A stretch of 7,651 bases of DNA from Octopus sinensis. Lineage: Eukaryota. Position numbers and translations under genes: made by a program. Under the pieces are notes generated by a model. That model was not told the DNA's origin. It was given only the letters and a program-made list of their open reading frames with translations, and did not search any database. Positions 7,629 through 7,651 of the stretch are shown here, piece after piece; within the stretch, counting starts at the first letter, position 1; each line of letters starts with the position of its first letter. The stretch is taken from positions 1 through 7,651 of the forward strand of contig NW_021828823.1 in the NCBI RefSeq assembly GCF_006345805.1. The letters are read 5' to 3'.

Positions 7629-7651
7629 ATCTATCTATCTATCTATCTATC
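7629..7651. repeat. (TATC)n microsatellite, cut by window end
   Basis: atctatctatct to the end of the window. Confidence 0.93.

Overview
Eukaryotic, very microsatellite-rich, essentially non-coding DNA (intronic or intergenic). The tRNA-type SINE sequences and the density of (TATG)n/(TA)n/(CA)n/(TATC)n tracts resemble coleoid cephalopod (Octopus-like) genomes; this is an inference from recalled repeat families, not a database result. No complete CDS is supported: almost all listed ORFs are translations of simple repeats or of a 21-bp minisatellite. The non-microsatellite islands hold: (i) a 55-bp degenerate type-I hammerhead ribozyme motif (2064-2118) between two (TA)n tracts, which is the most notable signal; (ii) a purine-rich ~21-bp minisatellite interrupted by a decayed hAT-like MITE with a duplicated left junction; (iii) two SINE families sharing a module, one present as a head-to-tail dimer; (iv) a pogo/Tigger-like terminus; (v) an inverted-repeat-flanked microsatellite; (vi) a 40-bp direct repeat bracketing a suspected interspersed repeat; and (vii) a possible 59-nt minus-strand exon.
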